Assembly: GCA_002269645.1 (NCBI GenBank)
Contig: NIVC01000031.1
Location: forward strand, 1,405,350 to 1,469,349
Length of the DNA: 64,000 nucleotides
Source of the DNA: Macrostomum lignano
Lineage: Eukaryota
Direction: 5' to 3'
The notes beneath the pieces were generated by a model that worked only from the letters and a program-made list of their open reading frames with translations, was not told where the DNA came from and made no database searches. A program made the translations under genes and the position numbers. Positions 13,201 to 27,300 of this stretch are shown here, one piece after another; position 1 is the first letter of the stretch; each line of letters opens with the position of its first letter.

Positions 13201-16200
13201 TGCTTATGGCTATAGCAATGGCATATGGACCCTCCTTATGGTGAAACACTAACCATTTTTAGTTTTAACAAGTATAATTTAGGCCTATAGGTCTAAAGTT
13301 ATAGACCTAAATGTCAATAATATAGTATTGAGTATTAGTCATTTAAAAGCTAGGCCTATCAAAAACTACATAGTTTAACAAATAATATATAGACTTAGAG
13401 GTTGAGATAAGAGGAATTGATAAGAAAAAGCTTCCATTTCTATACAAGTCTTTACCCTTCTCTTAGCCTTTCCTTGAATCAGGAAAATCCTTGAATGAGC
13501 CTTCCTTTCAAAGCAATAAGAAATAGGTTTACCTTGTGACCACCTTGGACCTTGGTCCATCACCAACCTAATTAACATATTAAAATAAATTTATATTTAG
13601 GCTTTCTTTATGAAATTAAATTATGTTTTTCTTTTTCTTGGCTTAAATTACAATACCAAATTTCAAAAAACTAGAAAATGAAAGGTATCCTTTTGGCATA
13701 AAATGTTACAAAGCAAAACATGGCATAGTATAAAAATTCTATAGACTATATACACTATAATAATATTTTTATTTAAATCACATTAAAATAATCATGGCAG
13801 GATTGACACTACAGTATATCAATGATATAAACACTATTGAATGAATATTTTGAGCTATTTTCAAGTTTTTATTTAAAAGATTAAAAAATAATTTGTATAT
13901 AAAAACAAATTTATGATGGCAGTTGTTTTTGTTATGGTGACCGTATAAATATTGACATGGTTATTTTTACAGTTAACAGTTAAAACAAATACCATCTAAA
14001 TGAAGTAATGAAGTATGAAGTATGAAAGTAATGAAGTAATGAATTCTAGACAAAAATTAGCCTTGGCATACATGCCTGGCATAAGAATTAATACAGGGTG
14101 CGGACAATAAATTGGCAGTAGTTTTAACCATAGACAACTTTGCTCTTATATAACCCGTGGGCACTAAACTTTACACAGGTATTCTTAGTGCAACTAAAAT
14201 TTACAGCTATATGAGTCAGATCTTATTACACTAGCAATGTCAAAGGAATATGACACAATAGTTACTATCATACCAGGACTGCATGCCGGAAGGTCAGCTA
14301 GAGAGATTGTGCAATTCCACAACATCCTTGAGTGCATTGTGTATCAAATTGCGAAGCAGTTTTGAGAAGCAGATAATGCTAAAGAAGCTCTAGCAACTCA
14401 GCACAAAGTGCATGCTCCATGTTCAGACAAGATGAAGACACTAGCATTCATTGAAAGGCTGCAAGGACTGATCAATCAAGGTTCTTCGCAGTCCATGTGG
14501 CAGCTGGCCCAAATGCTAGAAGACCTGCGCTACCATTCTTACTCACTGAAGGTTCACCAGCTCCTTACTCTGTAGCAGAAAGACAGGCATGTTGCCCACT
14601 GCCAGTTGTTGCTATCATTGTTGAAGCATAAAGAGGCTAGCCACATTTACTTTTTTAGCAATGAGAAAGTCTTTGTTCTGGATGCCAAATTCAACAAACA
14701 CAATGACATGCCAGCATGTTGAAGACATTCCAGTTGTGATACAGTCAAAGTACCCAGCATCTATGATGGTGCAATTAGTCTTCTCAAATGAGGGTGATGC
14801 AATGCCACTGCCCTTCTTTGATCAGGCCCTATAGGAAAAAGTTGTAAAACCACAGATGCCTCCGGTGCACTTTTGAAATTTTTCTAAAGTGCAATGCACA
14901 CACTGCCCTTTCCTGCTGGCTGCTGCTCTAGCAAATACATATACATGGAAAGGGCTTGGGTAGGTGCCTGTGCTGTACAATCTGCCTCACCTGCGGATGG
15001 TATGCATATTTCTGTTTTAAAGCCTTGGCTGTATTGACTGCCGCCCATTTGCGCGGCGTGGTCTAATACGTCTATGGAAGGGCCTATAGACTCATAACTT
15101 AAAAAGCTTAGAGAAGTTCCGAAATTTCAATTTCATTTTCGAAAATTTGAATTTTTAAAGAGCAAATTTCAATTTTGAAAAAAAATTAGAAGTTAAAATT
15201 TTGAGTGTCTAAAAAAGTTGTTAAAAATAAACTAATTTCTGCTACATATACATGTATTTCATTTTGCATAAGCAGTAAATTGAAAGTAAAAAAGTGAGTG
15301 TTACTCATACTTAACTTTGTTTTTCTAAATTTTGATTTTGGAAAATTTCAATTTTGCTTTTGGAGAGTTAGCAAATTTTGATTTTGACGAAATGGAACAT
15401 CTCTAATAATCTTAAAGCACGGTAAAATAGTTTGACTCTTTTCTAAAGTGAGCGTCCGTGGGTTTTCAACATTTATTCCAATAGGGTGATAAATCACAAT
15501 TGAATGATCAATGGTAATTGAATTGCGTCACATTGTTACAAATTACAAAATTTTGATAATTAGTTTTTTATGCCAAAAGATCATCTGTAGTTGTTTATTA
15601 CAAATTACAAAATTTTGATAATTAGTTTTTTATTTGCATGGTTATTAAAGCAATCAACTTTACCTCAATCTTTTGGCATGTTTCCTTGACTAGAAATAAA
15701 CATTGATCATGGTTTTAATTGAAACAAAAATTTATATAGGTTTTTCCCATATATATTTATTGTTTCTTTCTGCCAACAGTTTAGGAAAACAACAAACAAT
15801 GGACTCAATGGTACTTTTCTCTGTGTGATCTCTAGAGTCACATACTCAAAATTCAGGCGAGGATCTTTCCTCTTCAATCAGTATATTTTATAAGTTAACA
15901 GACTGTATGCGAGCAAGGAGGAATAGGGAAAGGTAGAATGGGATGGCCTAATAGAAGCCATTGGCCAGAGGAGATTCATGTATCACGCAAGGGTTGCATG
16001 GCTGGGCTTCTTGCTTGCCGATCATCAAGGCTATTTTTAGACATGCAGATCTTATGCATCTGGGGAGTTGCTGCCAAGGCTAGATGCTTGTTCATGCATC
16101 ATGCGCATGTCGGCTGATTTCTCCCATCTTCTTGCTAATGGCGGTTTTGTTTCATTTCACCAGGATGGAATTTTTGTACAAAATCCTGGACACCTTCCGC

Positions 16201-17110
16201 GCACCCTAACTGAAACTTGCACACTTGCCCATGCATTTCTAGCAAAATTGCGCAACTTTAAAAAGCTTATGTGCGTGCAGCTTTATATTCTAAGAAATCT
16301 TATATAATTTCATTTAAATTTTGAATATTGCACTTGTTACAGAAAAACAAAGTTATTGCAAATTTAAAAACAAAGCTACTGGGAACAAGATTAAACTAAA
16401 AAAGAATAATATCATTTATTTTTTAAGATTTGTTTAAACTTTAATATAACGTAAAAAAGTTGCTAAGAAATTCAAGTGGCAAAAAAATCGCACATTCATG
16501 GGTAAAAAACTTGTGCAAAAAAATTATGTGCAACTTTTTGTTCCAAACTTGTCATGCAAAGATTCTATCCTAGTCATTTTATAATGACTGTAGCTTATTT
16601 CAAGTATTTGAATACAATTGAGAATTTAAATCAACTACATTTTATTATATTTTATTATTTATAAAAAGTAAAACAAAGTTTAAAATCAAGAAATTGTGCT
16701 GTAATGCAAAGCTTATAATAAAGTTTTAATTATAATAATACAAATGGAAACATTAATAATTTTTTTAAAATGAAAAATGTTAGTACAAACTGCCCTGCAA
16801 CCCCTCTCAGTCTAGGCATTATGCCTGGTGTGCACCAAGCCTGACATAAATGATGAAATTTCATCAGTTTTCTTCCGGCATAACTCTAAGCATGAAATGG
16901 ACTATGGTAACAGTTTTGCTATTTTTATGGTTACATTATAGCTAGGCCCAGATAATGTCTTATGCGTTAACCATAAAAATATCCATTTTGTTATTTATAC
17001 AGTCACCGTAACAATAACAACTGCCATTTATGATTCACACAATGTTATAACACCTACCTGTCCTCAGCAGCTTTAATGTGCTGCTCAGCTTCAGCGATTT
17101 TTGAAGACAT
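10252..17110 (-). CDS. NAPG: Gamma-soluble NSF attachment protein (gamma-SNAP), 3 exons, ~310 aa
   Basis: Exons: 17110-17058 (MSSKIAEAEQHIKAAED, donor gtaggt, phase 2), 11960-11640 (LKTGLLKMRRSPDYDSAADEY...LEKGAK, donor gtgagt) and 10810-10252 (...FRYMDNEFAKLA...EEFDGGLC stop). Splice phases are compatible and the total is 933 nt. The PDYDSAA, HAAK, YMDN and C-terminal GGLC motifs match gamma-SNAP as I recall it. Confidence 0.92.
10848..11575. repeat. 37-bp intronic minisatellite (cattgtgacacagtgtggattgctaatctatcca(g/a)tt), ~19 copies
   Basis: Fills most of NAPG intron 2 (11639-10811). Units are contiguous with no spacers. Confidence 0.97.
14092..14830 (+). mobile_element. Decayed Tc1/mariner DNA transposon remnant in NAPG intron 1
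   Basis: TA followed by a CAGGGTG mariner-like left end at 14092. ATG at 14237 gives MSKEYDTIVTIIPGLHAGRSAREIV (HTH-like N-terminus). Downstream fragments FFSNEKVFVLDAKFNKHND and SKYPASMMVQLVFSNEGDAMPLPFF resemble the FSDEK and HPASVMVW motifs. Stops and frameshifts are present; no right end was found. Confidence 0.75.
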
Positions 17111-18323
17111 TGTAAGAGTTAAAAAAATTATAAGGAAAAAAGATCAGATAGATGCAGAGGTTCACGCAAACTTAAACTTAGGCCTAGTCACGTCAAAAAT
17201 AACAATAAGATGAAGCAATTCCAATTCCAACTATACAAATGCAAATTTAGTTCACAGAATCACAGAATCTTTCTCTTTACAAATCGGCATTCTACGAAAA
17301 TGTATATTTAAAGCATAATATATTGATAATAAATTTTATAAGTTTTATATTGCAAATAATGATTTTTAATTATTAACTTAATTTGATGTTAAAAAGTCCA
17401 GAATCAATTGCATTTAAAAATAAAAAAATATTGACTGCGTATCTAAACTTTGTTATAGCGGTTGTTGCGATGGTGTTGCTGTGCTGGTTCGGTTGAGTTT
17501 GATTTCTAAGTGGTATTTTATTTCTCGCAATTGATTCAAACGGTTAACCATTGTGTGGCGACAATCTCATGATAGGAAATATTTTTATGGAACACTTTGT
17601 AATCATATTATATATAATTTTTTATAATAGCTACTTTCAGTTAATACGTCTTTGCTATTTGTTGTGTTTAAACTGATTTTTGGTAAAGATTCATAGATGG
17701 TGTCTAGAGAAGTGTCTTGGATCCTTAAACTAAGTGAATGATGACGCAACTGCTTTGATTATTATTTATTTATTTTAATGACAGAAGTTTAATATTTGAT
17801 GGTTCATTCTTTTCTTCTTGGTTCGCATTTGCATAGCACTAGTACTCTTTCTACGTACGTTCAATACAGCTTTTAGATTTTAACCTCTAAATACAGAGAA
17901 ATATTTTGGATGTTTGCAAATACTCATGTAACAAAGAGTACGAATATAGTTTTCTTATCAGCAATTTTCGGACTTATATAAATCTCCTAATAGGAGATAG
18001 GAGAAATATAAAACATGTTTTGGCTTAGCTATATGACGTTTACGCCAAATTTCCAGATGCTTGTGCATTTTCAACTTTATCTGTTTATACGAATTGTAGC
18101 TTTAGTTTTTGAGAAGTTTATTGTAAAATAACACATTTTTATTCTTTAGGCTTTTTTCTTTGCTAGGTAATTTGCATTTGCATAATTAACAATTATGGAC
18201 TGTTTTTAGGGACAAGAGAGAATTTCTAATTAAGATGAGAAGCTAGTTCTATTTGCTCAAGCTAATACATACTATGTTTTTAATACTAATAACTAATTTT
18301 CATAACCAATTTCAGTCACTGCC
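17111..18323. promoter_or_regulatory. Putative bidirectional promoter region between NAPG (-) and the dynein gene (+)
   Basis: The divergent start codons are 1.2 kb apart. ttcag at 18311-18315 suggests a 5' UTR intron or trans-splice acceptor for the dynein. Transcription start sites cannot be determined from sequence. Confidence 0.5.
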
Positions 18324-21300
18324 ATGTCAGTGACCAATGAGTTTCAACCGGACACGGGCGGAAACGCCAACAATTCAGGCAACGGCACCGACCTGCTTGC
18401 CACCCGAACCATGCTAGACGCTGGCAAAGCCAGCTTCCCTGGCGCCAAGAGTCAGCTGCGCATGATGAAGCCCACCAAAGCGCAGCAGAGGACACAGGCG
18501 GCCCCGTCCAGCAACTACCTGGAGCCTCTGGTGAGTAAAGTGTTGCACCGGTGCCTTACCTACGTAAATTAGCATCCTCAATTTATACTGACAACTGTCT
18601 CAACGCTAAATTTTTCAGGCCACGCTGAAGCACCGGCAGCACATCAGCCACCCGGATTATATCCGGCAGAAGGCCAAGGACAAGCTTCAAGAGGAGGGCC
18701 AATGGCGCGACGGCCCAGATCCGAAAAAGTTGCGTCGCTCCGGCGTCCTGGAGCCGCTGACCGACGAAACGCGCGCCGGCTTGCCGGAGCTGCCCGAGCC
18801 GCTCAAGGAGCGCCAGGAGAGCCTGAGCCGGCCGCAGAGCGCCGCTGCCGCTGCCGCCGCTGCGGAGGTCGGCGGTTCGATCTCTCCGGATGGAGGAGAC
18901 GAACGAAAGGCGTCGGCTCAGGGCCGAGTTCACGCCGCATCGGCCAGCGTCAGCCGAACGAAGGTCGAAGTTGGTGAGCGAACCGGGTTGCTTGTAACTG
19001 TTCTACGTCGCTTTGCTCAAACTGGTAATTGCCTTCAACCATGCGAGATATTCTGTGCAATAGTAAAATATCGCATTTGAATTGCTTTCAGAACCATAAA
19101 GTGTATCAGCTTAATTGCTTGAAGCCAAAGGTAACATCAATAAAGTCGTGAAGGATAGAACCAAAGTCACAAGCTCGGGAAACATTCAATTTTCCGTCAC
19201 ATTTTTTATTCTTCAAAGTCCGAATTGATCACAAGCAATCATACTTTGATGGTTTTTGTTGTATTGTTTTATTATTTCAAAGTTTGAATGCGTCAAATAT
19301 CACAGCTTTCATATTTTTGTTGAATGAATGAGCTGATAGATTAGATCTTTCAACAACTTTATATCATTCGACATAATCCAGATGCTGCCCAATTCTATGG
19401 CGAAACCGACATAATGAAGGTGATCAACGTTCTGAGAGCCAATCCGAAGATCAAATTCTTTTATTTGAATCCGGCCGTGCCAGTCACTAACGTCGGTTTC
19501 AATTCGTACAAGTTGAAGTAAGTAGCAATTTAGACAACGTGTAGCTTGGGGAAATGGAGACCGAGTAACTTAGCGTTAGAACATCCGATTTTTGGTGGGT
19601 CGTACACAGAAATTAACGATTCTTACTCCTATTGTGTGGGTGCTAAGGGGCAGACAGAACGAGAAAAAACTGTTTGCATCCTCGCTAGCTGCGTATCGAC
19701 TGTCGCTAATAGCAACAACCGCTTGGTTTCCCGCGCAGAGTTGTCGACTACAACAAAATGGACCAGAGCGATTATGCCACTCTCAGCATCGAAGGCGGCT
19801 TTGTGCGCATGCGAGAGGGCGACACCGACATTGAGTACCTGCCGCTGGATCGGTTCATCTACGAGTATAGCATCGTCGGCGAGATCGTGAAGCGCCGAAC
19901 ATTCTTCGACTTTAAGAAGTGGAAAGCCTTCATGACGTGGAAGAAGACTGTTAATTGGTTAAAAATCGATCGAGCCAAGAAAGGCCTGGAGGAGAATCTG
20001 TTCATTATCAATCGGTCACTGCGACCGGCAATTCTCAACGTTCGCGAGATGTGCTACCGAATCAGCGACATGGGCCTATGCAAGATAGACAAGGGTCGCA
20101 CTTACAGACTGCCGGATTTCAAAACTGCCCAACAGGAGCAGCTAGATGAAGTGTCGAAACGACTGAAAGAATTCCGCGACTTGGTCAAGGAGGTTGTTCG
20201 AACTGCTTGTCGAACCGCTCTGCTGGAGGCAGGATTCACACCCGATGACTACTTTGTTGACGAAGCCCTGATGGAGCCGCCAGGAACTGCCAGCAGTTAC
20301 ATGATGCAGAGCTACGACATGGACATCTACGCGGAGGAAAGTCCTGATAAGATGACCTACACGGAGCAGGCTAATAAGCGCAACCATTGCCAGCGCCTGT
20401 CCTGCTTCATCCGTCTGGCCGACTACCTGATTGTGAACACGATGCACGTGCTAGCCGTCAATTCCGTGACCACAATGCTTAACTACCTGCAGGAGCAGTT
20501 GGCCAACACGCCGTCGCTCGAGGAGATTCAATCCTACAATCGGCAGGAGGACGAAGACGATGACGATGAGGCCGAGGAGAAAGCGGCTGCGAAGGCTGCT
20601 GCGGCTGAAGCTTCGGCTCCGACTGACCCGGCGCAGCAACCCGGGCCGCCAGAAGAGCGCCCAAAATCTGGCACAGCTGCTGCCCCAGCTGAGGAGCCGG
20701 TGGCAAAAGTCCCACCGCTATTCATTACAGAATTCGTGCTTGACCTTTCTCAAATCGACTTTGCGCCGTCGAACAAAGACTTCGTTGACGAGATCAGCGT
20801 CATAGTTGACGCATTCAAAGATGTAGTGCTCAATGTGCAGAATCTTGTTCCAGACGCTTACTTCGACGCGTTCACTCGACCAATCATCAACAACAAGTTC
20901 GAGGAAAAGACGTGCGGAGATGGTCCCAGCCTGCACGTAAGTTTTCCCAGTCCTCAGGTTCAAAATTGCCTTACAATTAACTTGAATATCAACCTTAAAT
21001 TAAAAAACTTTAGGCCATGTTCGAAGACGACAGACACCTGTCCGCCATTACTCAGCAAATCCGGGACAGCCTGGATGCCGCATTCAACGCCGCCAATCAG
21101 TACTCGAACACGTTCGAGCCGTTCAGAAAGTTCTACCAAGAGAACGAGGCCACGGACTTGGAGTCGTTCAAGCAGCTCAAATTGGTATGTTCGATTGAAA
21201 AGTTAGCTTCAGTCTAGTTTAATATTGACCGCCTACTAACAATAGTCTAATTACTTAAAATACTTTTTAAGCCCCTGCTTTGAACAAAATAATTATTAAT

Positions 21301-24300
21301 CAATGACTTTTAGTGCAATTACTAACTGTAAACCTGAAAATCTCGATTTCAAACTAACAAACTAACAATGCTCTCAACACAGCTTTTAACGAAGGATTTA
21401 TCGGACCGCAGAAAATGCGCAGAGGTGACGAATTTTTCGAGCTACTTTACCTTAACAGTATATTTGCTACTGCTGTTCTTTGATGGAGAATTTTTGTTAT
21501 TTATTTTCATTTTAGCAATTTTTTTCCTAAAGACTTTAAAAACTCTTTGAGAGCACATCCTTTTTCAAAATCGTTCAAATTTGAACGTGCAAAGTTTTTT
21601 TGAACTTTTACACATAATGTTTGAGAAACACACTCATCTTGCCTTGTTAAAGCTGTTAGGAAGCTCTGCACAAGAAAGCAAAACAATTCGCACTTTTAAC
21701 TTGTTATTAGATTGCGTTTATCAGCGCTGAACTGAACTTTCTTGATTGGATCATAGTTGATTAATCATAATCGGTTTTTCAGACGTGGAGTTCTTCCACG
21801 AGGCTCTGAAGCGGTACAATCGGCAGGAGCGCATGGCCACGGGCATCGTGGAGGAGCGCCCCATCGGAATGCTGCTGGTGAACGGAGCAAACATGAAGTC
21901 GCTGCTGATTCCATCGCCTCAGCGCTGCCTAGAAGCTATACACGATCTGCTGCCAAGGCTGGCTCGAGGCGAGGTTGATCGTCTGGTCAAGGAGAGCCAA
22001 GACGCTGAGTACAAGCTGCTCCAGGAGCCGAAGGACACCACCGACTATGTGGACCTGCTGACATTCCTGGACGAGATTCAACAGCGAATTGAACCATTAG
22101 AGAATGAGGCCGAGGTGGTTAAGGAGATGTACGAACTGGTTGACCACTTTAAAGTTCCTGTGCCGCCAGAGGATCAAGCAGTTTTCCAGACTCTGTTCCC
22201 CTCCATCGACAAGGCCAAGAACGCCATCGACAAAGCGCTGGCCGAGCGGGAGGCCAATGTGGACAAGTTTGTATCGTGCATGGAGCGCGACATTGCCGAG
22301 ATCAATAAGGAGGTTCGCGAAGTGAAGCAGGAAGCTCAAAACCCAATGATCCTGGACGTAACCAGCGAGAAGGACAAGGTGATGAAAGAGGTGGCTAAGC
22401 TGCTCACAAGAATGGAGGAGCTTCGCAAGCGAGCCTACCAGTACAAGGCATACCAGAAGAACTTCAAGGTTGAACAGACTAAGTTTGACGAGTTGGAAGA
22501 GGTCCTCGCCGAGCTGAAGCTCAAGGAAATGCTCTGGAACTCCATTGACGAATGGGACAAGTACCTTGATCAGTGGAAGGCTGCTCCCTTCATGGAGCTC
22601 GATGTCGAAGACTTAAGCAACACAACGATGAAATACATGAAGGCGGTGCAGCAGCTAGAGAAAGGCCTACCGCCAAATCCGGTGGTGCCACGACTCAAAG
22701 AGAAAGTTGACGACATGCGCACCAAACTGCCTGTGGTGACCGACCTGAGAAACGAAAACTTAAAGGACCGGCACTGGAACAAGATCGAAGAGATTGTCTC
22801 GTTAGCTTTGCGCGATCAGCCCGAGCCCTTTACTCTGGGCACGCTCATCGAGATCAAGGCGTTTGAGCACTCCGAAGCGCTTCAGGAAGTCTCTGGTCAG
22901 GCGAGCTCTGAGGCCAGTCTGGAGCAGATCTTGTTGCGAGTTGAAGAGGCTTGGAAAACCCAGGAATTCATCATCCTGCCATACAAAGAGCACTTGTACA
23001 AAGACGTGTATATGCTCGGCGGTACAGACGACATACAGCAGCTGTTGGACGACTCGAACATCAACATTGCCACCATCGCCTCATCGCGTCACGTCGGACC
23101 AATCAAGCACCGCGTTGATGACTGGCAGGCCAACCTAGAGCTCTTCGGCAAGACACTAGAAGAGTGGGTAACCTGCCAGCGCAACTGGATGTACTTGGAG
23201 TCCGTTTTCAGCGCCCCGGACATTCAGAAGCAGCTGCCATCAGAATCGAAATCATTCATGTCGGTGGACAAGTCGTACAAAGAGATCATGCGAAAGGCTC
23301 AAAAGCTCCGATGGCCATGCGATATGCGACTCAAGCTGGCCTATTGGAGACATTCAAGAACAACAATTTGCTGCTTGATGAAATTCAGAAGTGTCTGGAA
23401 GACTACTTGGAGTCTAAGCGCGTTGTTTTCCCACGATTTTACTTTTTGTCCAATGATGAACTGTTGGAAATACTCGCTCAGACGCGCAACCCCCAGGCTG
23501 TGCAGCCGCACCTTCGCAAGTGCTTCGACGCCATCTCTAAGCTGGAGTTCGGAATTCTGGCGCCGAAGACTCCGCAGGAGGGTGAGCCAGCCGCTGATCC
23601 AAACGAGGTGACCTACAGCAATGACATTCACGCAATGCTCTCACCTGAAGGTGAGAAGGTGTCTCTCGGAAAAGGCTTGAAAGCCCGCGGCAACGTAGAG
23701 GACTGGTTAGGCAAAGTTGAGGAGGCAATGTTCAGCAATCTGCGCAAACTGACGAAGGCTTCTCTTCTAGACTACATGGACAGTAAGCGGGAAGAATGGC
23801 TGACTCGCCACTGCTCTCAGGTGGTGCTCACGGTGAGCCAGACAATGTGGTGCAGCGATATCGAGGAGATACTGTCCGGTGAGCCGGATACTCGTCTCGA
23901 AGGCATGAAAAAGTTCGAGCAGAAGTGCTTTCAGGATCTAAACAAGCTTGCAGCCGTCGTGCGTGGCGACTTGCCGAAACTGCTGCGCGCCTTACTATGC
24001 GCCCTCATCACCATCGATGTGCACGCTCGAGACATGGTGACTGAAATGGTCGAGAATGAGATTGATGACGTCGCATCTTTCGACTGGCAAAAGCAGCTGC
24101 GCTATTATTGGGACAAAGACGAAGACAATTGCATCGTCAAGATGTCAAACAGCCGCTACTACTATGGCTACGAGTACCTCGGCGCTTCTCCGCGTCTTGT
24201 TATCACACCTCTGACAGATCGCTGCTACCTGTGCCTTATGGGAGCTCTGCAGCTTGACTTGGGCGGTGCTCCCGCTGGTCCCGCTGGTACAGGAAAGACG

Positions 24301-27300
24301 GAAACCACTAAGGATTTGGCAAAGTCGCTCGCCAAGCAATGCGTGGTCTTTAACTGTTCCGATGGTCTTGACTACAAGATGATGGGTCGCTTCTTCAGCG
24401 GCCTGGCGCAATCTGGCGCCTGGTGCTGCTTCGACGAGTTCAATCGTATTGACATCGAGGTGCTGTCTGTGATCGCCCAGCAGCTGATCACAATCCGCCA
24501 GGCCAAAGCCGGGAACATGTTCCGCTTCATGTTCGAAGGTCGCGAGATCAAACTGGTAAAGACCTGCGCCGCGTTCATCACCATGAATCCCGGCTATGCT
24601 GGTCGAACAGAGCTGCCAGACAACTTGAAGGCTTTGTTCCGTCCGATCTCGATGATGGTGCCAGATTACCGTCTCATCGCCGAAGTTATTCTTTACTCGG
24701 AAGGTTTTGAATCTTCGAAGAACCTCGCACTAAAAATGACGCAGATGTACAAGCTGTGCAGCGAGCAGCTCTCGCAGCAGGATCACTACGACTTTGGCAT
24801 GCGCGCCCTCAAGTCTGTGCTAGTGATGGCTGGCGCTCTGAAGCGAGAGAATCCGGACAAGCACGAGGACGTGGTGCTGATTCGCGCGTTGAGGGACTCC
24901 AATCTGCCTAAGTTCCTCAAACAGGATGCCGTGCTGTTCAAGGTAAGTTTTTTGAATTGGCTATATTTTTGGGTCGCTTCGTTGTAGAATGTACTTGGAT
25001 TACATACTTTTTGTTTCATTTTTTTCAGGCTATTCTTCGAGACTTGTTCCCCGGTGTCCAGCTGCCCGAACACGACTACGGCCTTTTCAGAGAAGAGATC
25101 TGCAGTGTCATCACTAGCCGAGGCTTGCAAATCGACGACACCCAAGTGCTTAAAGTGATTCAGTTCTGGGAGACACTGCTGGTACGTCACGGTGTCATGC
25201 TTGTTGGTCCAACTGGCGGTGGCAAGACCACCGTCTACAAAGTGCTCGCCGACGTTCTCGATAACCTGAAGAAAAATAGTCCAACTCGACCGGAGTACCA
25301 ACCAGTAAAGACCTACGTCCTCAATCCAAAGTCAATAACCATGGGAGAACTGTATGGCTCTTATAATCTCCAAACAATGGAGTGGCACGACGGCCTAATG
25401 GGTGTTTCCGTCCGCACCGCTTGCGCTGTGAGTAGAGTTATTTCTTGTAAGATAGTTAAAAAATTCAAAACAATAATTGAATCTCTGTAAATTTCATTTG
25501 ATTCTTTCAGGACGAGACCGAAGATCATCAATGGGTCATCTGCGACGGTCCAGTCGACGCGCTGTGGATTGAGAACATGAACACTGTGCTAGACGATAAT
25601 AAGATGCTCTGCCTGGCCAACTCTGAGCGAATCAAGCTAACGCCTTTCATTCACATGCTTTTTGAAGTGCAAGATCTGGCGGTCGCTTCGCCTGCCACCG
25701 TGTCTCGTTGCGGCATGGTCTACGTCGATCCCGAAGATATGGGCTGGCGCCCCTACGTTCGCACGTGGCTGACCAAGCTGACTACTGAGCACAACTTTCG
25801 CGAGGACCTTGTTGACTATGTATTTGAACTATTCAACAAGTATATCGATCCTGGATTGACATTTATCCACAAGAAGTGCACCCAGGCCATGGCGCAAGTC
25901 AACATTGCCAAGGTAATGACAGTGTGCAACCTCTTTCAAAGCTTGCTGTGCGGCCCCGGTGCCCCCAGCCTAGCTGGTGATGAAAACAAGGTGAAACCAC
26001 TCGTCTGTACATCTTTTGTGTTCTCCTACCTCTGGGGTGTCGGTGGCAACACGATCGATGCCAACTGGGACTCCATCGATAACTTTGTGCGCCAGCAGTT
26101 TGAAGACAACGGCGACGCTCGCCTGCCAAGCACCGGTGACCTGTGGAGTTCCTACGTGGACATGGACACGAAACGAATGGACCTCTGGGAGAAAATCATT
26201 CCCGCCTTCACCTATAACAAGAGCATTCCATTTTTCGAAATGGTGGTGCCTACAGTCGATACCGTCAGGTTTGGCTACCTGCTGGAGAAGTCCTTTGCTC
26301 TGGGACGCTCTGTTCTTTTTACTGGTGGCACCGGAGTTGGAAAATCCGTAGTCGCCAGAGGCCACTTAAACAGCATCGCGGAGAAAGCCAACTATGTGCC
26401 GATCTACATTAACTTTTCTGCTCAGACGAGCAGCAACCGTACTCAAGAGATGATCGAGGACAAGCTGGAAAAGAAGCGCAAAAACGTACTCGGTGCACCA
26501 ACCGGCAAGAAGATCATCATCTTTGTGGACGATCTCAACATGCCGAAGCTCGATACCTACGGGTCACAGCCACCCTGCGAGCTCTTGCGCCAATACCAGG
26601 ACTTTGGTGGCTTCTATGAGCGCGACAAGCTCTACTGGATCAGCGTGCAGGACATGCTTCTGGGCGCCGCCTGCGCTCCTCCTGGCGGTGGTCGAAATCC
26701 AGTGACGCCCAGACTGATTCGCCATTTCAACATGTTCTGCCTGCCTCCGCCGTCAGAGTACACTTTAAAGCACATGTTCAACAGCATCATGGTCCGATTT
26801 TTGGTCGACTTTCCGCCGTCTATCCGGGGCCAGGGCGAGGCCATTGTCGGTTCTGCTGTGGAGCTGTACTTCCGCATGGCAACCGACTTGCTGCCGACGC
26901 CAGCGAAAAGCCACTACGTATTCAACCTGCGCGACCTGTCCAAGTGCGTGCAGGGCATTCTGCAAGCCGACCCGGGCTGCGTACGCGACAAGGGCCAGCT
27001 CTTCCGCCTGTTCTGCCACGAGACTCAGCGCGTGTTCCACGATCGCCTGATCAACGCCGAGGACAAGATGTTCTTCCATCAGATCATCTGCGAGATGGCT
27101 TCCAAGTACTTTGGCGAGCAAGTCGACGCAGAGAGCTTCATCACCAAACCAATTCTGTTTGGCGATTTCATGAAGATGGGTGCAGAAAAAGCTGATCGGC
27201 TTTACGAAGAGCTGACAGACGTCAACAAAGTGAAGCAAATTTTGGGAGACGTAAGTATATGTACTTTCTATATATAAAAATTAAATTATATGGCCTTTAA

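Noticed and set aside
17455-17490. Possible RFX X-box (gttgcgatgg) for the dynein promoter
   Set aside because: Only a half-site matches, which is too weak to call.
23295-23315. Programmed -1 ribosomal frameshift in the dynein
   Set aside because: There is no X XXY YYZ slippery heptamer, and a homopolymer indel is far more parsimonious.
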